From Eledone cirrhosa (Eukaryota), in the NCBI GenBank assembly GCA_964016885.1, contig CAXHJY010000409.1, positions 62,001 to 126,000 of the forward strand: DNA of 64,000 nucleotides, in the 5' to 3' direction. The notes under the pieces were generated by a model. That model was not told the origin of the DNA, ran no database searches, and saw nothing but the letters and a program-made list of their open reading frames with translations. The position numbers and the translations under genes were made by a program. This document shows, in pieces, positions 30,276-43,912 of the stretch (positions are counted from its first letter, which is position 1; every line of letters begins with the position of its first letter).

Positions 30276-31249
30276 ATTAGTGGTAGCTAATATCACATAT
30301 GCCATCATATATACCTCGCTTAAAATATGCTTAGTGGTAGCTAATACCAGATATACCTTCATTAAAATATAGTAATTAGTGGTAACTATATCATGTATAC
30401 CTCCATATACACTTGTGGTAAAATATTGTAGTAAGTGGTGGCTAATATATATAACTTCATATAAACCTCTTTTAAAATATAGTAATTAGTGATATATATA
30501 TATATATATATATCTTTATTAAAATATAGCAATTATACTCCTAACTTCATTACTTCAAAAAGCTAAAATATTAATCAAGTTAATTATATTGCATTGATAT
30601 AAAAAAAAAATTAACAGGAATGTTAAAAAATGTTATGCTTTCATCATTGTTTAATATCTAGTGTCCACACTTGCATGGATTCCATAATTTAACTCTTGAT
30701 TTAATTCAATCCAAAAATAATAAACCTCTAATTGACAGAACAGAGCAACTGGTGTCAAGATAGTTATATATATTCACTTTAGCTATTTTCTATTTTATTC
30801 AACTATCTTTCAAACGTAAACATCAAATGTAAACATTAAATTTGATTAAGATCTCCATAACAGAGTATTGATTTCCTTTTTATCGTGTGATTCCAGATAA
30901 TTTTATATATATGTAAAAAGAGGTGGAGGGGTAGGGCAAAAGATAGAAGGAAAAGTCAATTGTTACAGTTCGTAGATATAAACAACAGAGGTATTTAAAA
31001 ATGCTTCAGAAAGTTTTGATTAAAGCAAAGTGTTATAAATGTTACAAGATAGGAGGGAATCCCATGTAACTAAGCAATAAGAGATAAGTAGCGTATAAAC
31101 TAGAGTTCAGTTAGATTGAATGGTTAGATTGAATGGTTAAGTAAACTGAGATGATTGGTTGAAACTGGTCTAAAGTTGAACATTTCTAAATCATCTGATA
31201 CTACTCATGACAAGGGAACTGAGTCAATATAGAACAGAGAATTCTGACC

Positions 31250-31550
31250 AGAAATATATTGAAAAACCAATAACAAATTTGATCTTATGACATATAGTTC
31301 CATATAAGTTTTATAGTGAAACAGCAGTAATAGTTTGATCTCATGGCATATAAAGCTCAATATAAGTTATATATTGAAATATCAGTACACTAGTAACAGT
31401 TTGATCTTAAAATTCAATATAAGTTTTATATTGAAACACCAGTAACAAATTTGATTTCATGACATAGCTCAATATAAGTTTTATATTGAAACACTAATAA
31501 CAAACTTGATCTTATGATGCACAGTTCAATATAAGTTTTATATTGAAATA
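31250..31550. repeat. Degenerate ~55-60-bp tandem repeat, each unit with the palindrome TTCAATATAAGTTTTATATTGAA
   Basis: About 5 copies of CAATATAAGTTTTATATTGAAACA..TAACAAATTTGATCT. Confidence 0.75.
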
Positions 31551-32653
31551 ATGAAATAAGAAAGAGCTATAAAAAAAAAAACACTATAAAAAAAACTATT
31601 AAAAAAACACACGCAAAAAGTGTTTTACCATAAATATTAACAGAATCTCCAGCTGAAAATAACATCTATCATTGTCTTATCAAGTGTGTGTGTTAATGTT
31701 CTCTCTCTTTTACTCACTGCTTCCGTCTCCTGAATTCAAATTACTAACTGATAATTCTAAATCACTGTATTTATTCATATATAATACATACAATTTTTCC
31801 TGATTTTTAAACCTAAAAATTTGGAGTTCACATTTTACATAAGATCTAAATGTTACCCATTTTGTCCTGTCCAAAGTGTATAACCACAGTCAAGACAGCA
31901 TGGCTGGAAGTTATGTTTATTAGTCAAGATACTGTAGAACAAAGTGTTTAAACCACTATAATAATATTACATTTTTCTATGAAAGTGATACTACAGTATA
32001 CACCTGTAGATAATTCAGCATTTTACTCAAATAAAGGGAATTAGTGATTTGTATACTGAACCTTGCTCTGGGCTTGAAATTTGCAGAATGCATTAACATA
32101 TAGACTGGCTAATGATTGGGTATTTAGGACAAGATGATTATGTCACTACACAGTATATATGAATATTGAAATTGTAAACAAACACAGGCTAATAACATCC
32201 AGCAGAAAGCAAACAAATGTTCATAGAAAATTTGATTCTGTTACAAAAGCTTATTGTTTACTAGTTTAGCCTGCATATGCACAGATTTGTGGCAGAAGTG
32301 ATGATCCTTCTAGAAAAAAATAGAAATATAATTTTGTCAATATTGACAGCAGGTGCACTTTCACAGCCTACACCAGTAAAGTTTGAAGGTTGCTTTTAAA
32401 TTTGCTGTAAAGTGTTTCAATGTATTTTATATAGCAATTATAATAAATCAGACCTAACTCCCTTTCTTTCCATACATTATAATACTTAAGAATAATTAGA
32501 ACATTATTATTACGAGATCATTTTTTTGTGGGATTTCCTTGTCTATAATTAAGGGTGAAACATAAGTGATTATTATCTACAAATAAATACAGTAATTAAT
32601 AATGTATAATAATGTGTGCTACAGAAAATAAACCAAGAGAAGCTATCCAACAA

Positions 32654-33440
32654 GAGACCCAGAAGAAGATCACAAGTAACATGGTGGATAATATCCAGGG
32701 GGTTGGTTAGGGAGACCCAGAAGAAGATCACAAGTAACATGGTGGATAATATCCAGGGGGTTGGTTAGGGAGACCCAGAAGAAGACCACAAGTAAGATGG
32801 TGGATAATATCCAGGGGGTTGGTTAGGGAGACCCAGAAGAAGATCACAAGTAAGATGGTGGATAATATCCAGGGGGTTGGTTAGGGAGACCCAGAAGAAG
32901 ATCACAAGTAACATGGTGGATAATATCCAGGGGGTTGGTTAGGGAGACCCAGAAGAAGATCACAAGTAACATGGTGGATAATATCCAGGGGGTTGGTTAG
33001 GGAGACCCAGAAGAAGACCACAAGTAACATGGTGGATAATATCCAGGGGGTTGGTTAGGGAGACCCAGAAGAAGATCACAAGTAAGATGGTGGATAATAT
33101 CCAGGGGGTTGGTTAGGGAGACCCAGAAGAAGATCACAAGTAAGATGGTGGATAATATCCAGGGGGTTGGTTAGGGAGACCCAGAAGAAGATCACAAGTA
33201 AGATGGTGGATAATATCCAGGGGGTTGGTTAGGGAGACCCAGAAGATCACAAGTAAGATGGTGGATAATATCGAGGGGGTTGGTTAGGGAGACCCAGAAG
33301 AAGATCACAAGTAAGATGGTGGATAATATCCAGGGGGTTGGTTAGGGAGACCTAGAGGTAGACCACAAGTAAGATGGTGGATAATATCCAGGGGGTTGGT
33401 TAGGGAGACCCAGAGGTAGACCACAAGTAAGATGGTTGGA
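32654..33440. repeat. 58-bp G-rich tandem array derived from an RTE ORF end, ~13 units
   Basis: GAGACCCAGA at 32654 and 32712; last units read RPRGRPQVRWLDN and run into RTE 3' sequence. Confidence 0.95.
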
Positions 33441-33602
33441 TAACAATAATAAGCTTGGTTGGTCTCATTTGGGGATCCAGCCAGACCAATTGTAGACAGT
33501 TGCTTCTGATAGGACCCCCTGAAAGGCATGTCCTGAGGATTCTGTCCTCACACCCCTCCCAAGAAGGAGGAGGAGGAAGAAAAAGAAGAAAGAAGAAGAA
33601 AG
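33400..33602 (+). mobile_element. 3' end of a second RTE family with (GAA)n-type tail
   Basis: Colinear similarity to 35505-35672 (GGTAGACC..AAGATGGTTGGATAAC..GATCCAGCC..CAGTTGC..GACC..GAGGA). Confidence 0.78.
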
Positions 33603-34392
33603 GTGTGTGTGTGTGATATATAAATTAAAATATTTAACAGCATCCTAGTGACAATAAGTCAGTTTAATATAATAATTCAATTCTTGTCACAACACACTAA
33701 CATCATCCACATTTTGTACTGTATTAAAGAAATTAATTAAATTATTTACAAAGTAATACAGTAAGTCATCAAAATAGATCACTCCTTCATCTCAATGAAA
33801 TCTGACAATTAATTTAAAAGATTTACTGAAAAAAGCAAAGCACGTTCTAAATTATAACTGATTAAGATAGAAATATATCTTTTCCTTCCCCCATAAATTA
33901 ACTTTCATGCAACAATGGTATGGATTAGTTTGCAAATACAAAGATTTACATAAATTATTGAAGCAGGTCTTTCTAGCTGAATGCTCTCATGCCAGCCATT
34001 CTACTGTAAAGTGAAATCAATGCTGATTTTTCAGCAGCGGAAGTAATTTAATTTAAAACCTATGAAACATACAACAGCAACTGATAATATTGAATTAGAA
34101 ACTGCCAAGAAAGTATGGGATTAGATTAAATACTAAATCACTATTTTCTAAAACAGGCACCACCACCATTGTGTGTGGGTGGGGTTGGGAATGCTTAAGG
34201 ATGCTACTATTATCTCTTTGAAATGTCCAGTTTTGTTACCTTTTACAATGTTAAATAGTCCACTCTACTGAGTAACAGTAGAGTTCAGAATTAATACTAT
34301 AGAAACAAATGGCAATTGGAACATGGAAGTTTAGGAATTACTTCCCTAAACAAAGACCAGTTGTCTTTCCTCAAACACCAATTTCATTTGTG

Positions 34393-34647
34393 AAGGCGCA
34401 TGGCTTAGTGGTTAAAGCATTGGGCTTGCAATCGAAAGGTTATGAGTTCAATTTGCGGACCGGGTGATGTGTTGTTTCCTTGAGCAAGACACTTTATTTC
34501 ATGTTGCTCCAGTTTACTCAGCTGTAGAAATGAGATGATAGGACTGGGGTCCCTATTATTAAATTACCCAAGACACCTCCAACAAGATATACCTTGGAGG
34601 AGGCCAGCTAAACCTGCATAGGTGTGAGCTGTAACAACAACAACAAT
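34393..34647 (+). mobile_element. tRNA-derived SINE with Meta/MESC-like core and (AAC)n tail
   Basis: A-box-like TGGCTTAGTGG, B-box-like GAGTTCAATT, core GTTGTTTCCTTGAGCAAGACACTTT. Confidence 0.7.
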
Positions 34648-34992
34648 TTCATAAACAGTAATTAAGCTACAGTTATTTTGTGAATACTATAGAAAGCTTA
34701 ATAAAAAACATATCCATCATTTGAGTTCAACACTGAGAAATTAAGATATTAATGCTAATTTTCAAATTATGATATATTAGTATTTCATATTGATATATGA
34801 GATGTAGAGATATAATTGTTACATGAGTAATAATGGTATAAATTATAACACTAATTAATGGTCTAATGATTCAAATGATGCAATATGCAGTGTAATAATT
34901 ATATTAATATAATAGTGTGATGGTAACGTTTATAATTATTTAGTGTTGAGGAAAAATATAATTCTTATCTATAAAAATATAATAATTCTTAT

Positions 34993-35039
34993 CTTCCTTG
35001 AGATGGATAGATAATGCTTATCTATCCATCTCAAGGAAG
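34993..35039. repeat. Perfect 22-bp inverted repeat with 3-nt loop at a LINE 5' junction
   Basis: CTTCCTTGAGATGGATAGATAA-TGC-TTATCTATCCATCTCAAGGAAG. Confidence 0.95.
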
Positions 35040-35672
35040 CCTGCGTAGTGCACTCTTCATGTGAATGGAGTTCCACTGAAGCAGGTAGAGAAGTTGAAGT
35101 ATCTCGGGGCCATGTTCACTAGTAATGGAAAGCAGGAGGCTGAATTAAGTGCAAGAATTTCAGGAGCTAGTTCAGTAATCAAAAGAAAGGAAGTAGGTGT
35201 AAAAGCCAAACTCGCTATCTCCAATTCAGTTTTCGTGCCAACCCTTACCTATGGTCATGAATCTTGGGTAATGACCGAAAGAATACAATCACGAATACAA
35301 GCAGCCAAAATGAGATTCCTCCGAAAGGTCTTTCGATTAACATTACTGTGTAGCTCAGAGATCAGAGAATCACACCAGGTAGAGCCACTACTACTCTGAA
35401 TTGAGAGATCACAGCTCTGATACTATGGCCATGCAGTTAGAATATCTCAGGAAAGAAATGCTGGACAGATTGGGGGGGGGGGGGCAAAACCAACTGCCAG
35501 GAAACTCAGGGGTAGACCCCAAGCAAGATAGTTGGATAACATCCATAAATTTGGCTGGTCACACTTGGTGATCCAGCCGAATCAGTTGCCTCTGACAGGA
35601 CCCACTGGAAGGGAAGGAGTGTTTGAGGACTCTGCCCCCACGACCCTCTCAGAAATAAGTGGGTGAAGAAGA
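35018..35672 (+). mobile_element. Decayed 5'-truncated RTE-clade LINE (second family)
   Basis: LKQVEKLKYLG, PTLTYGHESWVMTE, MRFLRKV, then YYGHAVR and RGRPQAR motifs, with stops. Confidence 0.88.
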
Positions 35673-35714
35673 TATACATATATATATATATGGACAAGCC
35701 AAAGTATATATCCA

Positions 35715-35982
35715 GCAAAACCTCCAGCCCAAAGTGGTTGTGATGGCGACACACTAAATAGTGGCCAATCCACATTGTAATGTGGTTGTGTAGGTGTCAT
35801 GACAAGAAACACCCAGCACACAATATGGTTGACATTAGGAAGGGCATCCAGCCATAGAATCCAAGCCAAAATCAGCCCTGCATGAGCAAAATACGGTTCT
35901 CCGATCAGATCTCTCACAAAGGGACAACCCGTCCTACCCATGCCCAGCGTGAACAAAATGAACATTAAACGAAGATGATGAT
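35715..35982 (+). mobile_element. RTE 3'-UTR-family element with 2-3 degenerate copies of the 48-bp module
   Basis: TGTGGTTGTGTAGGTGTCATGACAAGAAACACCCAG is close to the reverse complement of the 28.9-kb array unit; TTAGGAAGGGCATCCAG; GATGATGAT tail. Confidence 0.85.
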
Positions 35983-36330
35983 TTATATATATATGTCCCC
36001 AAGTTTGTCTTCACATTAATACCACAACTAGTGTTGTTTGTTCATGTCCTGCAGCTTAATAATTCCAACCGATGTCCACATGGAAAAGTAAATGTAAAAA
36101 CAATGATGATATATTCCAATTAAAAAAAAAAATCAAATAATTGTAGGAATGGTGGTTAAGATGCTATCCCAATGAGATTAATGTTTCAGTGGTGTCTATG
36201 ACACTATGGGGGAAATGAAATATTTTTGTCTGAAGTTTGTCTAACTAGTTGAACAGCTAGACTGTAGAAATATTTGTTTCAACAATTAATTTGTAAAACA
36301 TGAAAACCTTTCAACAATATTTAGCACAGC

Positions 36331-36732
36331 TTAACCTTTACATTACCATATTTCTAATGAAAGACACTGCCAATGTCTTTAACCCTTTCATTACCATGTT
36401 TCTAATGAAAGACACTGCCTATGTAATTTACCACTTCATTACCATAATGCTAATGAAAGACACTGCCTATGTAATTTACCACTTCATTACCATAATTCTA
36501 ATGAAAGACACTGCCTATGTAATTTACCACTTCATTACCATAATTCTAATGAAAGACACTGCCTATGTAATTTACCACTTCATTACCATAATTCTAATGA
36601 AAGACACTGCCTATGCCTTTAACCTTTCATTACCATAATTCTAATGTTAAGAAACTACCTATGTTTTTAACCATTTTGTTATCATGTCTAATGAAAGACA
36701 CTGCTTATGTAATTAACCCTTCCATTACCATA
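36331..36732. repeat. 48-bp tandem array (TTACCATAATTCTAATGAAAGACACTGCCTATGTAATTTACCACTTCA), ~8 units
   Basis: 16-aa periodic ORF MKDTAYVIYHFITIIL; direct inspection. Confidence 0.93.
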
Positions 36733-37058
36733 TTCAGACAATGATTTTCAACTAATTTTGAAACATTATGAACAATTTGTAGGGACTTATTAATATAACT
36801 GCTTTCTACATTGGTGTTTGTAACATAACCTAAGGTCTTTACATAAAATTCTGATGGAAGGTTTTTTTAGATACCCCAGCCTGTCTGGGAGGTCAGTAGC
36901 CCTGCTACAGTACTGACTCAGGTCTATGAATTCCTGTCCAACTTTGCTAGCAGGGAAAAAGAACGTTAAATGATGATGATGATAAACACTTTTAAATAAA
37001 CAGCTTTTTATGAAAGAAACAGGGTCAGTTTCAGGCTGTTTGGTACCGATAAGATTAT
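36331..37058. mobile_element. Degenerate MITE-like element (TTAACCCTTT terminus) whose left end is amplified as a 48-bp array; interrupted at ~36873-36983 by a (GAT)n-tailed fragment
   Basis: TTAACCYTT..TTACCATATTTCT start; same terminus type at 62517 and 62636; degenerate right end GGTACCGATAAGATTA; family recognition from memory. Confidence 0.5.
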
Positions 37059-38039
37059 TGGGTTTTTTAAAATAAATTTCTGTTGAAGAGAAACTAATAT
37101 GTAGAAGTGAATTTCTTCCAACTCATTCACTGATTTAAAGAAGTTTCAAATGATCACTTCCTAGTATGTATATGTTGATATAGAAAATGAATTTTTAAAA
37201 ATGTTTTTGATCATATTTTATAACATTAAATTGTTTATTTGATTTAATAATCCATAAATATAATGAATTTTTTATTTTTTTTTATTTTGCAATATCATCA
37301 TCATTTTACATCTGCTTTTCCCTGCTTTAGACAATTCAGTATGGAATCTCCACTGAAAATTTCATGCATTTATCTCCATTACTTATAAACTTTTGTATGG
37401 GCATGTTAAAAAATTATAGATTTTCACTAATTAGCTGAGGGAATTAGTGTTAAAGCAACACTAAGAAATCATATACAGCCACCATGGAAGAGAGTTAATA
37501 TTGTTTTCAAATTAAAGGAGTGGCAGAGAAAACTTATCCAAACAATTTCACTTCAAGTCTGTATATAATGTTTCAACAGAATATTTGTTAGTATGATTAG
37601 TAACAGAAATATCCATGAAATGTTTTGTCAAATGCTCTGATATCACAGTCAATTTCCAAACAGTAATAGTGAGTCAACGAGAGAGCCACTACATGGTTGA
37701 TCAAACTTCTAAAAATAGAGAAATTTCTTTCAAATCACACTACTGTCTTTAAAAAAGGAAGAACATTACACAGCATTGTCTAACAAGACATACATTATCA
37801 AGCATGTCTTGTTGTTAGAGGGAGTTTTTGTTTACTAATTGCATGGATAATTTCAGTTAAAGTTTTTTTACACACTATATTACATATGTGAGACCCAATC
37901 ATATTTCTATTTACATCTAAAAAACAAGATGGTCATAGCTACAATGGCTTTAACAATTGGTAAGTTTGACTAGTGCTTACCTAGAGTTGAACAAAAACAA
38001 TGTTGGGCTAACATAGAAACCACACTATGCAGTTAGATC

Positions 38040-38365
38040 TCCTTTGATGAGGTGGATGAAAGATAGGAGGTGTAATCCTAACATGAGGTGAATGTGTTTG
38101 AGATAGGATGTATAATTATCCTAACATGAAGTGGATGAAAGAGAGATAGGAGGCTTAATCCTAACGTGAGGTGAATGTGAGATAAGAAGTTTAATTTTCC
38201 TAACATGAGGTTGGATGTGAGAGAGATAGGATGTATAATTCTCCTAACATGAAGTGGATGAAAGAGAGATAGGAGGTTTAATCCTAACGTGGGGTGAATG
38301 AGAGAGATAAGAAGTTTAATTTTCCTAACAAGAAGTTGGATGTGAGAGAGAGGTTAATTCTAACA
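38040..38365. repeat. Degenerate ~40-bp tandem repeat (CCTAACATGAGGTGGATGAAAGAGAGATAGGAGG..), ~8 units
   Basis: Recurring CCTAAC..GAGATA motif; a higher-order ~125-bp repeat is visible. Confidence 0.8.
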
Positions 38366-38560
38366 ATTTTTGTTCATGGCTTAGTCAAAGAAGGAATAGT
38401 AAAACTCAGGACCTCCTTGATTGATGAGAAGGAAGGAAAGAAGGAACCCCTAGATCAAAGACCTGGACCCAATGCTTGCAACACTGCAATATGGGACAGT
38501 GGAACAGTACATGTAGTTCCTGAGAGCAGCTAATGAGAGGACTTTGCTTCAGAATATAGT

Positions 38561-38750
38561 CATCATTTTTATATCCACTTTCCACGCTGGCATGGGTTGA
38601 ACAGGTTATCACATTCTGTGGTTAAAATGGTCAGGTGACCACATTTAGCCCATTCATATTTGGCCTGGTTTGTGTGGCTAAATGCCCTTCCTAATACCAA
38701 CCACCTTACAGGGTGTACTGGGTGTGTTTTATTGTGACGCCAGCACTATT
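38561..38750 (-). mobile_element. RTE 3'-UTR-family element leading directly into the large 48-bp array
   Basis: CATCAT..TCCACTTTCCACGCTGGCATGGGTTG, CAGGTGACC and ATGCCCTTCCTAATACCAACCAC shared with 28782-28945 and 9444-9720. Confidence 0.85.
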
Positions 38751-41700
38751 TTACAGAGTAGAATGGGTGTATTTGATTTGGGCACCAGCACTACCACTTT
38801 ACAGAGTAGAATGGGTGTATTTGATTTGGACACCAGCACTACCACTTTACAGAGTAGAATGAGTGTATTTGATTTGGGCACCAGTACTACCACTTTACAG
38901 AGTAGAATGGGTGTATTTGATTTGGACACCAGCACTACCACTTTACAGAGTAGAATGAGTGTATTTGATTTGGGCACCAGTACTACCACTTTACAGAGTA
39001 GAATGAGTGTATTTGATTTGGGCACCAGCACTACCACTTTACAGAGTAGAATGAGTGTATTTGATTTGGGCACCAGTACTACCACTTTACAGAGTAGAAT
39101 GGGTGTATTTGATTTGGACACCAGCACTACCACTTTACAGAGTAGAATGAGTGTATTTGATTTGGGCACCAGTACTACCACTTTACAGAGTAGAATGGGT
39201 GTATTTGATTTGGGCACCAGCACTACCACTTTACAGAGTAGAATGGGTGTATTTGATTTGGGCACCTGTACTACCACTTTACAGAGTAGAATGGGTGTAT
39301 TTGATTTGGGCACCTGTACTACCACTTTACAGAGTAGAATGGGTGTATTTGATTTGGGCACCTGTACTACCACTTTACAGAGTAGAATGGGTGTATTTGA
39401 TTTGGACACCAGCACTACCACTTTACAGAGTAGAATGAGTGTATTTGATTTGGACACCAGCACTACCACTTTACAGAGTAGAATGGGTGTATTTGATTTG
39501 GGCACCAGCACTACCACTTTACAGAGTAGAATGGGTGTATTTGATTTGGACACCAGCACTACCACTTTACAGAGTAGAATGAGTGTATTTGATTTGGACA
39601 CCAGCACTACCACTTTAAAGAGTAGAATGGGTGTATTTGATTTGGGCACCAGCACTACCACTTTACAGAGTAGAATGGGTGTATTTGATTTGGGCACCTG
39701 TACTACCACTTTACAGAGTAGAATGGGTGTATTTGATTTGGGCACCAGCACTACCACTTTACAGAGTAGAATGGGTGTATTTGATTTGGGCACCTGTACT
39801 ACCACTTTACAGAGTAGAATGGGTGTATTTGATTTGGGCACCTGTACTACCACTTTACAGAGTAGAATGGGTGTATTTGATTTGGACACCAGCACTACCA
39901 CTTTACAGAGTAGAATGAGTGTATTTGATTTGGACACCAGCACTACCACTTTACAGAGTAGAATGGGTGTATTTGATTTGGGCACCAGCACTACCACTTT
40001 ACAGAGTAGAATGGGTGTATTTGATTTGGACACCAGCACTACCACTTTACAGAGTAGAATGAGTGTATTTGATTTGGACACCAGCACTACCACTTTAAAG
40101 AGTAGAATGGGTGTATTTGATTTGGGCACCAGCACTACCACTTTACAGAGTAGAATGGGTGTATTTGATTTGGGCACCTGTACTACCACTTTACAGAGTA
40201 GAATGGGTGTATTTGAATTGGGCACCAGCACTACCACTTTACAGAGTAGAATGGGTGTATTTGATTTGGGCACCTGTACTACCACTTCACAGAGTAGAAT
40301 GGGTGTATTTGATTTGGGCACCAGCACTACCACTTTACAGAGTAGAATGGGTGTATTTGATTTGGGCACCAGCACTACCACTTTACAGAGTAGAATGGGT
40401 GTATTTGATTTGGGCACCAGCACTACCACTTTACAGAGTAGAATGGGTGTATTTGATTTGGGCACCTGTACTACCACTTTACAGAGTAGAATGGGTGTAT
40501 TTGATTTGGGCACCAGCACTACCACTTTACAGAGTAGAATGGGTGTATTTGATTTGGACACCAGCACTACCACTTTACAGAGTAGAATGGGTGTATTTGA
40601 TTTGGGCACCTGTACTACCACTTTACAGAGTAGAATGGGTGTATTTGATTTGGGCACCAGTACTACCACTTTACAGAGTAGAATGGGTGTATTTGATTTG
40701 GGCACCAGTACTACCACTTTACAGAGTAGAATGGGTGTATTTGATTTGGGCACCAGTACTACCACTTTACAGAGTAGAATGGGTGTATTTGATTTGGGCA
40801 CCAGCACTACCACTTTACAGAGTAGAATGGGTGTATTTGATTTGGGCACCTGTACTACCACTTTACAGAGTAGAATGGGTGTATTTGATTTGGGCACCAG
40901 CACTACCACTTTACAGAGTAGAATGGGTGTATTTGATTTGGACACCAGCACTACCACTTTACAGAGTAGAATGAGTGTATTTGATTTGGACACCAGCACT
41001 ACCACTTTACAGAGTAGAATGGGTGTATTTGATTTGGGCACCAGCACTACCACTTTACAGAGTAGAATGGGTGTATTTGATTTGGACACCAGCACTACCA
41101 CTTTACAGAGTAGAATGAGTGTATTTGATTTGGACACCAGCACTACCACTTTAAAGAGTAGAATGGGTGTATTTGATTTGGGCACCAGCACTACCACTTT
41201 ACAGAGTAGAATGGGTGTATTTGATTTGGGCACCTGTACTACCACTTTACAGAGTAGAATGGGTGTATTTGAATTGGGCACCAGCACTACCACTTTACAG
41301 AGTAGAATGGGTGTATTTGATTTGGGCACCAGTACTACCACTTTACAGAGTAGAATGGGTGTATTTAATTTGGACACCAGTACTACCACTTTACAGAGTA
41401 GAATGGGTGTATTTGATTTGGACACCAGCACTACCACTTTACAGAGTAGAATGGGTGTATTTGATTTGGGCACCAGCACTACCACTTTACAGAGTAGAAT
41501 GGGTGTATTTGATTTGGACACCAGCACTACCACTTTACAGAGTAGAATGGGTGTATTTGATTTGGGCACCAGCACTACCACTTTACAGAGTAGAATGGGT
41601 GTATTTGATTTGGGCACCAGTACTACCACTTTACAGAGTAGAATGGGTGTATTTGATTTGGACACCAGCACTACCACTTTACAGAGTAGAATGGGTATAT

Positions 41701-43912
41701 TTGATTTGGGCACCAGCACTACCACTTTACAGAGTAGAATGGGTGTATTTGATTTGGACACCAGTACTACCACTTTACAGAGTAGAATGGGTGTATTTGA
41801 TTTGGACACCAGTACTACCACTTTACAGAGTAGAATGGGTGTATTTGATTTGGACACCAGTACTACCACTTTACAGAGTAGAATGGGTGTATTTGATTTG
41901 GGCACCTGTACTACCACTTTACAGAGTAGAATGGATGTATTTGATTTGGGCACCTGTACTACCACTTTACAGAGTAGAATGGGTGTATTTGATTTGGGCA
42001 CCAGCACTACCAATTTACAGAGTAGAATGGGTGTATTTGATTTGGGCACCTGTACTACCACTTTACAGAGTAGAATGGGTGTATTTGATTTGGGCACCAG
42101 TACTACCACTTTACAGAGTAGAATGGGTGTATTTGATTTGGGCACCAGTACTACCACTTTACAGAGTAGAATGGGTGTATTTGATTTGGGCACCAGCACT
42201 ACCAATTTACAGAGTAGAATGGGTGTATTTGATTTGGGCACCTGTACTACCACTTTACAGAGTAGAATGGGTGTATTTGATTTGGGCACCAGCACTACCA
42301 CTTTACAGAGTAGAATGGGTGTATTTGATTTGGACACCAGCACTACCACTTTACAGAGTAGAATGGGTGTATTTGATTTGGGCACCTGTACTACCACTTT
42401 ACAGAGTAGAATGGGTGTATTTGATTTGGGCACCAGTACTACCACTTTACAGAGTAGAATGGGTGTATTTGATTTGGGCACCAGTACTACCACTTTACAG
42501 AGTAGAATGGGTGTATTTGATTTGGGCACCAGTACTACCACTTTACAGAGTAGAATGGGTGTATTTGATTTGGGCACCAGCACTACCACTTTACAGAGTA
42601 GAATGGGTGTATTTGATTTGGGCACCTGTACTACCACTTTACAGAGTAGAATGGGTGTATTTGATTTGGGCACCAGCACTACCACTTTACAGAGTAGAAT
42701 GGGTGTATTTGATTTGGGCACCAGCACTACCACTTTACAGAGTAGAATGGGTGTATTTGATTTGGACACCAGCACTACCACTTTACAGAGTAGAATGGGT
42801 GTATTTGATTTGGGCACCAGTACTACCACTTTACAGAGTAGAATGGGTGTATTTGATTTGGGCACCAGTACTACCACTTTACAGAGTAGAATGGGTGTAT
42901 TTGATTTGGGCACCAGTACTACCACTTTACAGAGTAGAATGGGTGTATTTAATTTGGACACCAGTACTACCACTTTACAGAGTAGAATGGGTGTATTTGA
43001 TTTGGACACCAGCACTACCACTTTACAGAGTAGAATGGGTGTATTTGATTTGGGCACCAGCACTACCACTTTACAGAGTAGAATGGGTGTATTTGATTTG
43101 GACACCAGCACTACCACTTTACAGAGTAGAATGGGTGTATTTGATTTGGGCACCAGCACTACCACTTTACAGAGTAGAATGGGTGTATTTGATTTGGGCA
43201 CCAGTACTACCACTTTACAGAGTAGAATGGGTGTATTTGATTTGGACACCAGCACTACCACTTTACAGAGTAGAATGGGTATATTTGATTTGGGCACCAG
43301 CACTACCACTTTACAGAGTAGAATGGGTGTATTTGATTTGGACACCAGTACTACCACTTTACAGAGTAGAATGGGTGTATTTGATTTGGACACCAGTACT
43401 ACCACTTTACAGAGTAGAATGGGTGTATTTGATTTGGACACCAGTACTACCACTTTACAGAGTAGAATGGGTGTATTTGATTTGGGCACCTGTACTACCA
43501 CTTTACAGAGTAGAATGGGTGTATTTGATTTGGGCACCTGTACTACCACTTTACAGAGTAGAATGGGTGTATTTGATTTGGGCACCAGCACTACCAATTT
43601 ACAGAGTAGAATGGGTGTATTTGATTTGGGCACCTGTACTACCACTTTACAGAGTAGAATGGGTGTATTTGATTTGGGCACCAGTACTACCACTTTACAG
43701 AGTAGAATGGGTGTATTTGATTTGGGCACCAGTACTACCACTTTACAGAGTAGAATGGGTGTATTTGATTTGGGCACCAGCACTACCAATTTACAGAGTA
43801 GAATGGGTGTATTTGATTTGGGCACCTGTACTACCACTTTACAGAGTAGAATGGGTGTATTTGATTTGGGCACCTGTACTACCACTTTACAGAGTAGAAT
43901 GGGTGTATTTTA
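38750..43912. repeat. 48-bp tandem array (CCACTTTACAGAGTAGAATGGGTGTATTTGATTTGGGCACCAGCACTA), ~107 units, no indels
   Basis: Strict 48-bp phase throughout; ORFs of over 1700 codons on both strands follow from this. Confidence 0.98.

Noticed and set aside
32654-33440. Interstitial telomeric repeat
   Set aside because: Only a single TTAGGG per 58-bp unit, not tandem
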